From a bacterium (lineage in GTDB: Bacteria; Patescibacteriota; Dojkabacteria; SC72; WJKH01): 64,000 bases of DNA. Each line of letters begins with the position of its first letter. The stretch's first letter is position 1. Below the pieces are notes generated by a model. The model searched no databases. It was not told where the DNA came from and was given only the letters and a program-made list of their open reading frames with translations. This document shows positions 16,665-27,619 of this stretch, in pieces. The stretch spans positions 4,459-68,458 of the forward strand of contig JAKPPS010000042.1 of the NCBI GenBank assembly GCA_029547225.1. Direction: 5' to 3'. The position numbers were made by a program, and so were the translations under genes.

Positions 16665-18251
16665 ATGGCTCAAATTGATAAATTCAAAGAAGATATCTCG
16701 CAAGGTTACACTTTTGTGAGTGATAGCATTCTTTTGGGTGCAGCAAAATTACAAGATAGCGTGTACTCCGATCTTAAAATCACTTTACCTCTAAAAACAT
16801 TGAATCGTCATGGTTTGATAACGGGTGCTACTGGTACAGGTAAGACCAAAACTGTGCAAAGATTATGTGAAATGTTATCGGAAAAAAGTATACCTGTCTT
16901 AGTTATGGATATTAAGGGAGATATTTCTGGCATCTCGCAGGTTGGGACATCTAATCCGATAATTGAAGAGAGGATAAAGAGCATAGATTATCAGTGGTCT
17001 CCTAAATCTTATCCTGTCGAGTTTTTATCAATTACTCAAGAAAATGGTATTCGTATGAAAGCAACCGTTTCAGAATTTGGACCTGTACTTTTCGCAAAAA
17101 TATTAGAATTGAACGAGACACAGGAGAGTGTCCTTTCAGTAATCTTTAAGTTTGCTGATGATAATGCTTTGCCACTTGTAGATCTCAAAGATTTAAAGAC
17201 TCTCATCCAACATGTTACAAATGAAGGTAAACAGCAATTTTCTTCACAGTATGGAGCAGTAAGTACTTCTACAACTGGGATAATACTTCGCAAGATAATT
17301 GAGATAGAAAACCAAGGTGCAAACCTTTTTTTTGGTGAAAAATCCTTTGATGTTGAGGATCTTATGAGAATTGATACGCAAGGATATGGATATATAAATA
17401 TACTTAGACTTGCTACTATACAAGATAAACCTAAATTATTCTCTACATTTATGCTTGCATTGTTGGCGGAGATATATCAAAAATTCCCTGAGGAAGGTGA
17501 TATGGATCAACCTAAACTAGTAATGATTATCGATGAGGCACATTTAATTTTCAATAATGCCTCTAGAACATTATTAAATCAGATCGAAACAGTAATTAAG
17601 CTTATCAGATCTAAGGGTGTAGGTATAATTTTTTGTACTCAATCTCCTAACGATATACCGCAAAACATTTTAGGCCAGCTGGGCATGAAAATACAACATG
17701 CTTTGAGAGCTTTTTCTGCGCAAGATAGGACTGCTATACAGTTGATTTCGCGCAATTTCCCAATAACAGAATTTTACAAGACAGATGAAGAGATTACAAA
17801 GTTAGGTATTGGTGAGGCTTTGGTTACAGTACTTAATGAAAAAGGTGAGCCTACTTCGCTTGTGCATACTGTAATTGCTTCTCCACAATCTCGTATGGAT
17901 ACGATTACTTCTCAGGAGCTCGATACTGTAATAAATCTTTCTGCTTTGGTCGGTAAGTACAATACTGTTATAGATCCGATGAGTGCCTATGAAATACTGA
18001 GTGCAAAACTTCAACAAGTGAGTGGTCAGAATGTTAATTCCGATGGTTTTACACAAATAAATGGTGTGCAAAATTACAGTGCAAATCAGCCCAAGTCTTC
18101 GACACCGGTGATCAATAGTCGTTCTTCTTCGAAATCAGATACTAATATGTTTAAATCAATTCTCAAGAGTGCATCTACTTCTTTTGTGCGTAATGCGACT
18201 GGTCAGATTACTAGGTCTGTTCTGGGCTCGATTTTGAAAAAAATGAAGTAG
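16665..18251 (+). CDS. HerA-like ATPase (DUF853/YjgR family)
   Basis: NRHGLITGATGTGKT, DIKGDISG, IIDEAH, IRSKGVG, QHALRAF. Confidence 0.9.
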   Translation: MAQIDKFKEDISQGYTFVSDSILLGAAKLQDSVYSDLKITLPLKTLNRHGLITGATGTGKTKTVQRLCEMLSEKSIPVLVMDIKGDISGISQVGTSNPIIEERIKSIDYQWSPKSYPVEFLSITQENGIRMKATVSEFGPVLFAKILELNETQESVLSVIFKFADDNALPLVDLKDLKTLIQHVTNEGKQQFSSQYGAVSTSTTGIILRKIIEIENQGANLFFGEKSFDVEDLMRIDTQGYGYINILRLATIQDKPKLFSTFMLALLAEIYQKFPEEGDMDQPKLVMIIDEAHLIFNNASRTLLNQIETVIKLIRSKGVGIIFCTQSPNDIPQNILGQLGMKIQHALRAFSAQDRTAIQLISRNFPITEFYKTDEEITKLGIGEALVTVLNEKGEPTSLVHTVIASPQSRMDTITSQELDTVINLSALVGKYNTVIDPMSAYEILSAKLQQVSGQNVNSDGFTQINGVQNYSANQPKSSTPVINSRSSSKSDTNMFKSILKSASTSFVRNATGQITRSVLGSILKKMK

Positions 18252-18326
18252 ACAAAAAGATATCAGCACAATAAATTCATTCTAGTAAGCATTTATAATG
18301 ATAATTATCTCAAGACCTTCAGAAAA

Positions 18327-19040
18327 CTATTTTTTAACAGTTGATTTCTTAGAAGATCCCTTTGATTTTGCTGTTTTAGTAGACTTTTCAACTTTGCCAG
18401 TAGTAGCTTTTTTCTTTACATCGCTTTTTATGGCTTTTGGGCTTACTTCTTTAGCAATCTTCTTTGTAAAGTTTTTTTTATCAGATGATTGTTTAGCTGG
18501 ACTTTCTGCTTTTGTAGTAGCTTTTTTATCGCTATTTTTATCAATATTAGATGTGTTGTCTTGCATGATAATTGGCTCAAGTAATCTGATGAGTTTGTCA
18601 AGCTTGCCACTAATATTGCTCAAGTGTTCTTTCATCTGTACAAATTCTGCTTTTGAAACGATGTTACTTTCATTGTGAGCTTCAGATTTACCACCTCGAT
18701 CGCTGAAACTATCTCGACTACCAAAACTGTGACTTTGATGTCTGTCAGATCTACGATCATCACCACGATTTCTGTCGCTTCTATAATTTCTATTATCTCT
18801 GTAATTACTTGAATTCTTTTCCTCGCGTCCACCAAATCTATCATCTCGTTCTTTCTCAATTTGTTCAAAACAATCGCTACAATATACAGGTTTGTCATTG
18901 CTTGGCCTAAAAGGAACTTTACACTCTGCACCGCATTGGTCACAGACTGCTTCATACATTTCCTTTTTCCTGTCTCCTCTTGATCTATCACTGAAGTCTC
19001 TACGTCCGCCGAAATTACTTCTACTAAAACTGTTTCTCAT
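18327..19040 (-). CDS. CxxC-x17-CxxC domain protein
   Basis: CDQCG.ECKVPFRP..DKPVYCSDCF; R/D-rich linker and Lys-rich tail. Confidence 0.85.
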   Translation of the reverse strand: MRNSFSRSNFGGRRDFSDRSRGDRKKEMYEAVCDQCGAECKVPFRPSNDKPVYCSDCFEQIEKERDDRFGGREEKNSSNYRDNRNYRSDRNRGDDRRSDRHQSHSFGSRDSFSDRGGKSEAHNESNIVSKAEFVQMKEHLSNISGKLDKLIRLLEPIIMQDNTSNIDKNSDKKATTKAESPAKQSSDKKNFTKKIAKEVSPKAIKSDVKKKATTGKVEKSTKTAKSKGSSKKSTVKK

Positions 19041-19473
19041 ATCTACCTAATCAAAATTATCTTAGGTATTATATCATGGATTTTGTGATTAATGCGTAAA
19101 AAATTAATATAAGATACATATAAGAAAAATGTGCGAGAAACAATATGTAATTATTAGAATAATCTTGCAGAATTTAAGATTTATTTCTTGAGGATTGTTA
19201 TTTAAGAAATATCAGCTGATATACATAAAATTTACTTTGTATTTCAAGCTTTGTTTCTGTACTAGAAAATAGGAGATATATTGTGTCTTTATTTTTCCTT
19301 CAAATTGTGATATAATACCCACGAATCAAAAAAAGATTCTTCAGGCTTCGGTTAATACATAGTAGTATAGATATCGGAGCTTTGCCTCCGATATGATTTC
19401 CTCATAGGCTTTTCATACGATAAATAGGCGCAAGTCGGTTAAATTTCGACGCTAATTTTTTTTATTTTTTTTC

Positions 19474-21117
19474 ATGGGTAAATTTACATATGGTAATAAA
19501 AGCTCTCAGGAGTTTAAAAGAAATCAGTTTTATCGCAAAAGAAAGAGCGATGATTTTAGGCCGTACACTGGTGGTCGTCGTAATGACAAAAGCAATGATT
19601 CGTCAGTAAATATTGGTCGAGATAATAATACAAAATATCATGGGTACTCAAACAATGAAGGTATGGGTAAGTATCAACAAAGTGGTAGATCAGATAATTT
19701 TACAAGAGATCAGGATAATAATCGTAGAAACAAATCAGATAACAACAATTATGATAGATTTGAGAGGAAGAATAATTATGACAACAAGAAGGGCTTTTCT
19801 CCTACAAAATCTTTTGGAGATGATGGAAAACCAGCAAACGTAAGATCGTACAGTGAAAACAGGTATGGTAGATCAGAAAGAGAACGATTTAATAGAGATA
19901 GTGGAAGAAGATTTGGAAGCGGTTCGGCAAACTCTAACAGGTTTTATCGAGGTAGAGTAGTAGGTGGTCGAGGTAGACGTAAACCTGGATTTGTTTTTGA
20001 TGAAAAAATGTTTGTAAAGAAAGCTATCCCAATTGCTCAAGTTGAGGAGTATGTCCCACAAATTAGATTTAGTGAACTAGATGTGGATCAGGCTTTGAAA
20101 AACAATATTAAAAATAAAGGATATGATATTCCAACGCCAATTCAGGATCAAACATTAGTAAATATTATGGAAGGCAATGACCTTTTGGGAATTGCAGATA
20201 CTGGTACTGGTAAAACAGCTGCTTTTCTTATCCCTATGATTGATAAGATTTTAAAGGATAGAAGTAGCAAGGTTTTGATTATTACACCAACAAGAGAATT
20301 GGCGGATCAAATTAATCAGGAACTTTATACCTTAACCAGAGATATTAAGATATATTCTGTATTATGTATCGGTGGTAGTAATATCAATAATCAGATTTAT
20401 AACCTTAAAAGAGGATATAATTTTGTAATTGGTACACCGGGTCGTTTAAAGGATCTTTTCGATAGAAAATTCCTCGATTTACAAGGTTTTAATACAATTG
20501 TATTGGACGAAGTCGATCGTATGCTAGATATGGGTTTTGTACATGAGATTAAACATCTGATATCATTTTTGCCGGAAAATAGGCAATCTTTATGTTTTTC
20601 TGCTACTGTTGACAAAAAGGTAGAGGAAATAATAAACGCAATATTAAAAGAAAACTATATAAAAGTCTCTGTCAAAACAGGTGAGACTGCTCAGAATGTC
20701 GAACAGGATATTGTTCGTATCGAAAGACATGATGAGAAAATTCCGAAATTAATAGAATTATTAAACAGTGATGGTTTCGAAAAGGTCTTAGTCTTTGTAA
20801 ATACAAAGAGAGAAGTAGATCATCTTGATAGGCAGCTTTTTGATAAGGGGTTTAAAGTTACATCAATACACGGAGAAAAGCGTCAAAGAGAAAGACAAAG
20901 AGCTATTGAGAGTTTTAAAAATGGTAGAGCAAAAATATTAGTTGCGACAGATGTTGCAGCACGAGGTTTAGATATCAAAAATGTTACTCATGTAATAAAT
21001 TATGATATACCTATGAACTATGAGGATTATATTCATCGAGTCGGTAGGACTGGTCGTGCGAACAAAATGGGTGTTGCTTTGACTTTTGTTGAAGGACATA
21101 ACACTTCAGCAAGGTAA
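19474..21117 (+). CDS. DEAD/DEAH-box RNA helicase with long low-complexity N-terminus
   Basis: PTPIQ, TGTGKT, PTREL, DEVD, SAT, TDVAARGLD, HRVGRTGR. Confidence 0.95.
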   Translation: MGKFTYGNKSSQEFKRNQFYRKRKSDDFRPYTGGRRNDKSNDSSVNIGRDNNTKYHGYSNNEGMGKYQQSGRSDNFTRDQDNNRRNKSDNNNYDRFERKNNYDNKKGFSPTKSFGDDGKPANVRSYSENRYGRSERERFNRDSGRRFGSGSANSNRFYRGRVVGGRGRRKPGFVFDEKMFVKKAIPIAQVEEYVPQIRFSELDVDQALKNNIKNKGYDIPTPIQDQTLVNIMEGNDLLGIADTGTGKTAAFLIPMIDKILKDRSSKVLIITPTRELADQINQELYTLTRDIKIYSVLCIGGSNINNQIYNLKRGYNFVIGTPGRLKDLFDRKFLDLQGFNTIVLDEVDRMLDMGFVHEIKHLISFLPENRQSLCFSATVDKKVEEIINAILKENYIKVSVKTGETAQNVEQDIVRIERHDEKIPKLIELLNSDGFEKVLVFVNTKREVDHLDRQLFDKGFKVTSIHGEKRQRERQRAIESFKNGRAKILVATDVAARGLDIKNVTHVINYDIPMNYEDYIHRVGRTGRANKMGVALTFVEGHNTSAR

Positions 21118-21228
21118 GCCATTCGAGTTAAGTAATAAAGCTGTAATAATACATAGATTTTTCTAGTAGAAGTTTTCCTTTTATAAGAAAATGTTGTAAA
21201 ATCAATACCGTTATATTGAACACAACAT

Positions 21229-22986
21229 ATGAAACCCTTATTCAAATTTATAAAAATTTATAACAACCATTTAAAGGACAAATTATTTTGGAGGATATTA
21301 ATAGGCATTTTAATCCTCGTTTATACTTTTGTTCTGAACTATTCAGTGTGGATTCTCGGTGGCTTGATCGATGGTATTGGTTCAGATCAAAATGTCTTGA
21401 TCCAAAAGCTTACATTAATTCTTGTAGTAATTGCTGCTCCAATTGTTATTGAACCTATTCTATTTACTATAATATCGTATGTCGGCATCATTTTTAATGC
21501 TAGGATGACAAAGAATGTTTTTTCAAAGCTGATGTCTCAAGATTATAGCTTTCATATTAATAAACAAACTGGTAAATTGATATCCAAGGTTTTTAAAGTT
21601 AATGACTTGTCAGGACTTTTTGCATGGGATTTAGGTATATGGCTTTTCCAAAATATCCTTAATTTTATAATTCCTATATTTTTAGTATCAATCATAGATT
21701 ATCGAATTTCTCTAATCCTACTTGCAGTTCTAATCGTTTCTTTTCCCCTTCTTGCACTAATAGTTAAAATAAATGTCAAATATCGTGCGAAAGCGAGAGA
21801 TGAGGAATATGCACGGAACAACGTAATCACTGATGGTTTAGAAAATTTTTCTACTGTGAGAGCATTCGGTCGTGAAAAACAAGAAGTTTATCTTTTGGAG
21901 GAAGCTGCAAAACGTTACGCAAAAGCAGATATGAAATACTCATTATCATGGAGATTAGTTGATTTTGTTTCCCGCTTGCTTGGTATTATTATGTTTATTG
22001 CGGTTTCATTCTATATTGTTAATAGCTATTCAAATGGATTAATTACAATAGGTCAAATTGTTGTAATAATTTCATATATGATTTCATTTTTGGATCGTTT
22101 TGTAAGTCTTTTCTTCTCAATCAGAAATATAATCAAGGATGTACCAATAATGTCTGATATTATTGAGATTCTTGAGGCAAAGGTGACAATTGTTGATCCA
22201 ATACAGCCTAAAGAGATTGAGAAATATCTAGGGCAAATAGATATTGATGATGTTACTTTTGGGTACAAAAAAGAATATCCAGTAATTCAAAGTATTTCAA
22301 TAAAAATCAAGCCTGATAGTAAAATTGCTTTTGTCGGACAATCTGGTGGTGGCAAAACAACTCTTACAAAATTGATTATGCGATACTACGATCCAGATCA
22401 TGGGAGTATAAAAATAGATGGAGTTGATATAAAAGATTTAAAATATGATGAGCTTCGCAAGTATATTGGTTTGGTACCACAGGAACCTGTACTTTTCAAT
22501 AAAAGCATTTTTTATAATGTCGCTTATGGATTGGATTCAGATATTCATGATGAAGAAATAAGGAGAAAATTGGTATGTGATGCTTGCAAAAAAGCACAAA
22601 TACATGATTTTATTGAATCTTTGCCTGAAAAATATGAAACGATAATTGGAGAACGCGGTTTGAAATTATCTGGAGGGCAAAAACAGCGAATAGCTATCGC
22701 TCAGGTTCTACTTAAGAATCCTATGATTGTAATTTTTGATGAGGCTACCAGTCAGTTAGACAGTGAGAGTGAGAAAGCTATTCAAAAGGCATTCGGACAT
22801 ATGAGTCAGGGCAAAACAACAATAATTATTGCTCATAGATTAAGTACCATAAAGAATGTTGATAGGATATATCTTATCGACAATGGAAAAGTTCGAGAGG
22901 AAGGTACTCATGAAGAGCTACTTAAGATCGGCGGTATTTACAAGACTTTATGGGATATTCAGAGTGGTGGTTTTGTGGAAGAATAG
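21229..22986 (+). CDS. ABC exporter (TMD plus NBD)
   Basis: Hydrophobic N-half; GQSGGGKT, LSGGQKQR, FDEATS. Confidence 0.95.
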   Translation: MKPLFKFIKIYNNHLKDKLFWRILIGILILVYTFVLNYSVWILGGLIDGIGSDQNVLIQKLTLILVVIAAPIVIEPILFTIISYVGIIFNARMTKNVFSKLMSQDYSFHINKQTGKLISKVFKVNDLSGLFAWDLGIWLFQNILNFIIPIFLVSIIDYRISLILLAVLIVSFPLLALIVKINVKYRAKARDEEYARNNVITDGLENFSTVRAFGREKQEVYLLEEAAKRYAKADMKYSLSWRLVDFVSRLLGIIMFIAVSFYIVNSYSNGLITIGQIVVIISYMISFLDRFVSLFFSIRNIIKDVPIMSDIIEILEAKVTIVDPIQPKEIEKYLGQIDIDDVTFGYKKEYPVIQSISIKIKPDSKIAFVGQSGGGKTTLTKLIMRYYDPDHGSIKIDGVDIKDLKYDELRKYIGLVPQEPVLFNKSIFYNVAYGLDSDIHDEEIRRKLVCDACKKAQIHDFIESLPEKYETIIGERGLKLSGGQKQRIAIAQVLLKNPMIVIFDEATSQLDSESEKAIQKAFGHMSQGKTTIIIAHRLSTIKNVDRIYLIDNGKVREEGTHEELLKIGGIYKTLWDIQSGGFVEE

Positions 22987-23143
22987 ACTATAAATAATCA
23001 TTACAGCGGCTAGACTCATTTGACTGTTTTCAGTTCAGTATCAGCGATACTATGATTTTATTCTATTGATAGCCAAAATCGCATCCCTATTGAAAATTCC
23101 TGTAAAAGCTTTATGATTAAATAATAACTTTAGTCAAAAATAT

Positions 23144-24127
23144 ATGGAAAAGCCAAAAAAGAAAACATGGTTGATAGTATTGCTTTCAATATTAGGAGTT
23201 GTTGTGATATGTATTGGGGGAATAATAATTGCAGGGATAACAATATTCAATTCAAGTGAAAATAGTACTATCTCGCGAAGTAGTTATGATTATGATGACG
23301 GTGTAAGTTCTACATCATATTTGAATAAAGCTGCTGGTTCAGCTGATTATGCCTATGAAGAAACTGCAATAGCTCCTGAGTATTATCAATCAGAAGGCTC
23401 TTCAGAAACACTTAACCAAGTTGTACTAAAAAGTGGTAGTTTGAGCATTGTTATAGATGATTTCGATGAATCACAAAAGGCTATCGAAGAAGCAACTCAG
23501 AGATATAACGGTTATGTTGTAAGTATAAGTGATTATGGTATAGACAATGATAAAGTTGTATATATGTCGGTACGAGTTCCGGCTGAATCCTTTGACAGTG
23601 CGATTGAAGAGTTTAAAGCTTTGGGTAATGAAGTAATCGATCTTTCAATAAATACTGACGATGTCACAATGGAATATGTTGATTTACAGGCTAGATTAGA
23701 GAATCTAAAGACTTCCGAAAGACAATTTACTGAAATTATGTCTAGAGCTGTCGATATTGAAGATGTTTTAGCTGTACAAAGGGAATTAACTAATGTAAGG
23801 TCTCAGATTGAGTCTTTACAAGGTCAAATCAATTATTATGATAATCATAGTGAGCTTTCAACAATATCTATAAGTATGTCACTTAATCCTGACAATATTG
23901 TGATCCCAGAAGAACAGTGGAGACCTTTAGGTGTTCTCAAAAATGCATTCCTTGCCTTTGTAGAGTTCTTAAAGGGAGTATTTGTTATGATTGTATGGAT
24001 TGTTGTATTCTCTCCAATTATTATAATCCCTTACATTGTAATTAGATTAATAATCAAGGCAAACAAGAAAAAAGCGAATAAAATGGCTATTGAAGATGGT
24101 GCAAAAGTGGAGAAAAACAACAAGTAG
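23144..24127 (+). CDS. DUF4349 domain membrane protein
   Basis: SVRVPAE.FD, DVTMEYVDLQARL, coiled coil, C-terminal TM. Confidence 0.85.
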   Translation: MEKPKKKTWLIVLLSILGVVVICIGGIIIAGITIFNSSENSTISRSSYDYDDGVSSTSYLNKAAGSADYAYEETAIAPEYYQSEGSSETLNQVVLKSGSLSIVIDDFDESQKAIEEATQRYNGYVVSISDYGIDNDKVVYMSVRVPAESFDSAIEEFKALGNEVIDLSINTDDVTMEYVDLQARLENLKTSERQFTEIMSRAVDIEDVLAVQRELTNVRSQIESLQGQINYYDNHSELSTISISMSLNPDNIVIPEEQWRPLGVLKNAFLAFVEFLKGVFVMIVWIVVFSPIIIIPYIVIRLIIKANKKKANKMAIEDGAKVEKNNK

Positions 24128-24241
24128 TGTAATTTGAGAGGATTTTTTTAAAAGCCTTTAGAAATTATAAAAATACTTGTACGGTATAGAGAACAGTCCT
24201 TTTGTACAAACATAATTAATATGCTTTTGATAGGAGGATAA

Positions 24242-25351
24242 ATGGCAATTAGGAAGGTCACATCGTTTGCATATGAAGAAGGTCAACCAGATAAAATGTC
24301 TGACATAATTGCAGATACCGTATTAGATCAAATGTTGGTTGATGATCCGGAAACCATAGCTGATATCAAAGTGTCAATATCGAAAGAAAAGATTGATATA
24401 TTTGGTGAGGTTAATACTTCTGCGAAAAATCATTTTGAGAAATCAGTTCGTGAGGTAATTCGAGAAATAGGTTATATCGATCAGGAATCCGGGATAGATC
24501 CTTATCGCTGTGAGATAGAAAGCAAATTTCAAAAGCAGTCTCAAGATATTAGTCGAGGTATATATTCAGACAACAGTATAAAAGGAAGTAGGATAGGTTT
24601 GATCTATGGTTATGCAACAAATGAGACACCTCAATATGCTCCTTTAGCATATATTCTTGCGAATGGCGTAATTGAAAGGTTAACAATAGCAAGAAAATCT
24701 GGAATAGTTGAAGGATTATTACCTGATGGACAAGTAATGGTTGTGATGAATTACGATGATGATAGAGCACAATCATTGGATAGCATAATTTTGGCTTCCC
24801 ACCATGCACAATCTACAGATACGGATTGGCTCAAACATGATCTTACAGAAAAAGTTATTCGTACAGTATGTAAAAATTATATTACTGATGAAACTAAAAT
24901 CGTAATAAATCCTTCGGGTCGGTTTAGTATCGGAGGACCTGCTGCCGATTGTGGTCAATCAGGAGTAAATATACAAGATGCGACCTGGGGTAGTATTACT
25001 CGCTATAGTGGTATAGGTTTTGCAGGTAAAGATCCGAGTAAAATCGATCGTACTTGTGCATTAATGGCTCGTCATGTCGCAAAAGAAGTAGTATCTAGAA
25101 AAATGGCGCAGAGGTGTGAGATCATACTTACATATTCAATTGGTATAGCAGATCCGTTATCGATAGAAGTTGATACGCAGGGCACTTCCAATGTAGATGA
25201 AATGCAGATTTTAGATATGATAAAGGGTGAATTTTCCTTTAATACCGGTGATATAATTAAACAGTTTGATCTGAGAAGACCAATATATAAAAGTATGACT
25301 GAAGCCGGTATATTTTTATTTCAAGATGATCATAAAAAATCAGCACTATAA
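24242..25351 (+). CDS. metK: Methionine adenosyltransferase homolog with degenerate active-site motifs
   Basis: Full-length MetK layout (PDK, QSQDI, GYATNET, INPSGRF.IGGPAAD, GKDPSKIDR) but several catalytic motifs altered. Confidence 0.75.
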   Translation: MAIRKVTSFAYEEGQPDKMSDIIADTVLDQMLVDDPETIADIKVSISKEKIDIFGEVNTSAKNHFEKSVREVIREIGYIDQESGIDPYRCEIESKFQKQSQDISRGIYSDNSIKGSRIGLIYGYATNETPQYAPLAYILANGVIERLTIARKSGIVEGLLPDGQVMVVMNYDDDRAQSLDSIILASHHAQSTDTDWLKHDLTEKVIRTVCKNYITDETKIVINPSGRFSIGGPAADCGQSGVNIQDATWGSITRYSGIGFAGKDPSKIDRTCALMARHVAKEVVSRKMAQRCEIILTYSIGIADPLSIEVDTQGTSNVDEMQILDMIKGEFSFNTGDIIKQFDLRRPIYKSMTEAGIFLFQDDHKKSAL

Positions 25352-25395
25352 ATAATCCGTAAATGTGCATGAGCTAATTCTATGATGAGGCCCTT

Positions 25396-25444
25396 GGATT
25401 GTAATGGTGACGGTGTTGTTTACTGTAAAACGCTTGGTTATATA
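25396..25444 (+). repeat. Dispersed 49-bp intergenic motif, type B
   Basis: GGATTGTAATGGTGACG-N18-CGC-T-TGGTTATATA. Confidence 0.75.
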
Positions 25445-25589
25445 TATATTGTACACAAAATATCATAGATTTCGCGCGACCTTACTAGTACTAGGTTTCT
25501 TGAACTTTTTAAAACAAGCATGATGTGTTTTACTCTCTATTCTTAGTCATAATTTTCTGCAAAAAACCTCTAAAAATGGTATAATATTA

Positions 25590-25961
25590 TGGCAAGTATT
25601 CTAGACAGTTGCCCCTCCTTCTAAGTAATTTCTGATTATTTAGGCGGAGGGGAGGAAAGTCCGGACTTCAAGCTGTCTCCAGCAATACGGAGATGATGCC
25701 TGTGAGAGCAGGGTAGGTGTGAGCTTACGGATAAAAGGGCAACAGAAAATTACCGCCTCACGCAAGTGAGGTAAGGGTGAAAAGGTGAGGTAAGAGCTCA
25801 CCGCATCTGCTGTAAAGTAAGATGGCTATGTAACCCCCTTCAGAAGCAAGGTCAAACCGCAGGTATCGGTTGCGATACCGGATATATCGGTAATTTATTA
25901 CTAGGTATTATCCAGATAGATAACTGTCCAAAACAGAATTCGGCTTATTGGATGCTTGCCA
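25590..25961 (+). ncRNA. rnpB: RNase P RNA
   Basis: GAGGAAAGTCCGGAC and AACAGAATTCGGCTTA (P4), CAACAGAAAA, AAGGGTGAAAAGGTGAGGTAAGAG; termini TGGCAAGTAT / ATGCTTGCCA pair as P1; TG-G-TATAAT just upstream. Confidence 0.95.
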
Positions 25962-25987
25962 CTATTCTAATAGTTAGCCTCCAATTA

Positions 25988-27337
25988 TTATTTTATCTTT
26001 CTAGCTTCAAGATAGTATCGCTTCTCCTCAGCCTCTCCCATTGAGAAAGTTTTACGAGGAAGTGCACCATCGAGAATGACTGTCTTGAAAAGATCAGATT
26101 TCTCCATTGCTGGAAGTAAAAATCCGATATTATTTGAGCCTTTTTGAGTTGATAAATCTTCGACTTCTGACGCTCCATGAATATAGTCAAGTTTATTTGA
26201 AGTCTGCTTAATATATTCATCAAGGAATCCTTGCAAAGTTCCAACTTCGAGATTTTGTACAGGATTTGTAATAATTATTGTTCCTTTCTCATTCTCAGTA
26301 ATAAATGGGATTTTATGCTTTCCATTTTCTTTTTCCGTATCAAGCTCATTGGTAATTTCGATACTCATACCATTACTGACAAAGTAACTCTTAGCTGATT
26401 CTAGTAGGTTATCTGCGCATCCAAATACGACTCGGTGTATTGGTTCAAATGCTAAGCCATCATCATGGACATTGACTAATTCTACAAGAGCGTATCGAGC
26501 TGGATGATCTTTACGATCTTCTTCTGGAAGATCCTTCTTTATTTCTTCCCATATAGCTTTTGCTGTTGCAAAACTATGATTACCATCGCCCATGGCAAAA
26601 AGTAAAAGTCCAAAATTCTTCTCGTTTCCTTCTAAACTATATCTCTCTAAAAAGAACTCTTTGTTACCCAATTTCTCTAGCGCAAAGAATATTTGCTGCA
26701 GATGATCAGCCTTATCAATTTTATATCCTTTTATGTGTCCACCGTTTTGCATAAGATCAAAGTCATATAGCTTTTCAAGTTGTTCTGTATGATCGAAGAG
26801 TGGCTCTATAACAGATTTATCAGGATCGTCGATAAGTACCATAATATGTGGTAACTCAATAGAAGCATTTTCTCGTATCTTAATGCGTGGTGGTAATCGA
26901 TCAATGATTGTACCTTCAGTAGCACGAATTAATGTTTGAGATCCTTTATTAAAGTCATATGCTTCAAGATCAAGAGCTACGATAAGACCTTTACGAGAAG
27001 CTGTATGTGAGGTCTTACGGTCAACTAAAACGAAACTATTTTTATGCTCAGTAAAAATCTTATTCTGGACATATTCTTCCATTGTACGATTAATATTGGA
27101 TATTCTCTCTTCTTTATTTGGATCCTCAAGAAATATCTCTGGAAGAGTAATTTTAAATGTTGATGGATTATCTCCTACTATAGACGCAACCTTGTCCCAA
27201 TAGGATTTGTTGGAAGTAAACTGATCGCATGCAACAACTGACCATTTTGAATAATCCACAGACTTATTTGGGAGAAGTATATCGGGTATTGTGACGCCCA
27301 TGTTTGAGAATAATCTATTAATTTCTTTAATTTCCAT
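25988..27337 (-). CDS. DUF1015 domain protein
   Basis: WSVVACDQFT, IRATEGT, DGNHS, LPRKTFSMG; ATG is the reverse complement of CAT at 27335-27337, so minus strand. Confidence 0.9.
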   Translation of the reverse strand: MEIKEINRLFSNMGVTIPDILLPNKSVDYSKWSVVACDQFTSNKSYWDKVASIVGDNPSTFKITLPEIFLEDPNKEERISNINRTMEEYVQNKIFTEHKNSFVLVDRKTSHTASRKGLIVALDLEAYDFNKGSQTLIRATEGTIIDRLPPRIKIRENASIELPHIMVLIDDPDKSVIEPLFDHTEQLEKLYDFDLMQNGGHIKGYKIDKADHLQQIFFALEKLGNKEFFLERYSLEGNEKNFGLLLFAMGDGNHSFATAKAIWEEIKKDLPEEDRKDHPARYALVELVNVHDDGLAFEPIHRVVFGCADNLLESAKSYFVSNGMSIEITNELDTEKENGKHKIPFITENEKGTIIITNPVQNLEVGTLQGFLDEYIKQTSNKLDYIHGASEVEDLSTQKGSNNIGFLLPAMEKSDLFKTVILDGALPRKTFSMGEAEEKRYYLEARKIK

Positions 27338-27491
27338 GTAAATAAATTAATAACTTATTTAATTAACTGACTTATGTTCTATAAGCCATATGGGATATTA
27401 CATTGGATAAGTAAATAAAGCAACAGAGAAAATAAAAATTTATCTGTAAAAAAGAAAGAATTGCTGATTTAATAATGTCTATCTGTGAATG

Positions 27492-27540
27492 TATATAACC
27501 ATGCGCTGATTTTCAAAAATATCCGACAGCATTACAAACC
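27492..27540 (-). repeat. Dispersed 49-bp intergenic motif, type B
   Basis: GGTTTGTAATGCTGTCG-N18-CGC-A-TGGTTATATA. Confidence 0.7.
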
Positions 27541-27619
27541 TTGCTCGTTGCATAAAATTACCACTTACACTTTTTTATACAATCGAATTAAGACTGAAAG
27601 AAATTTAATCGTTGAATAA

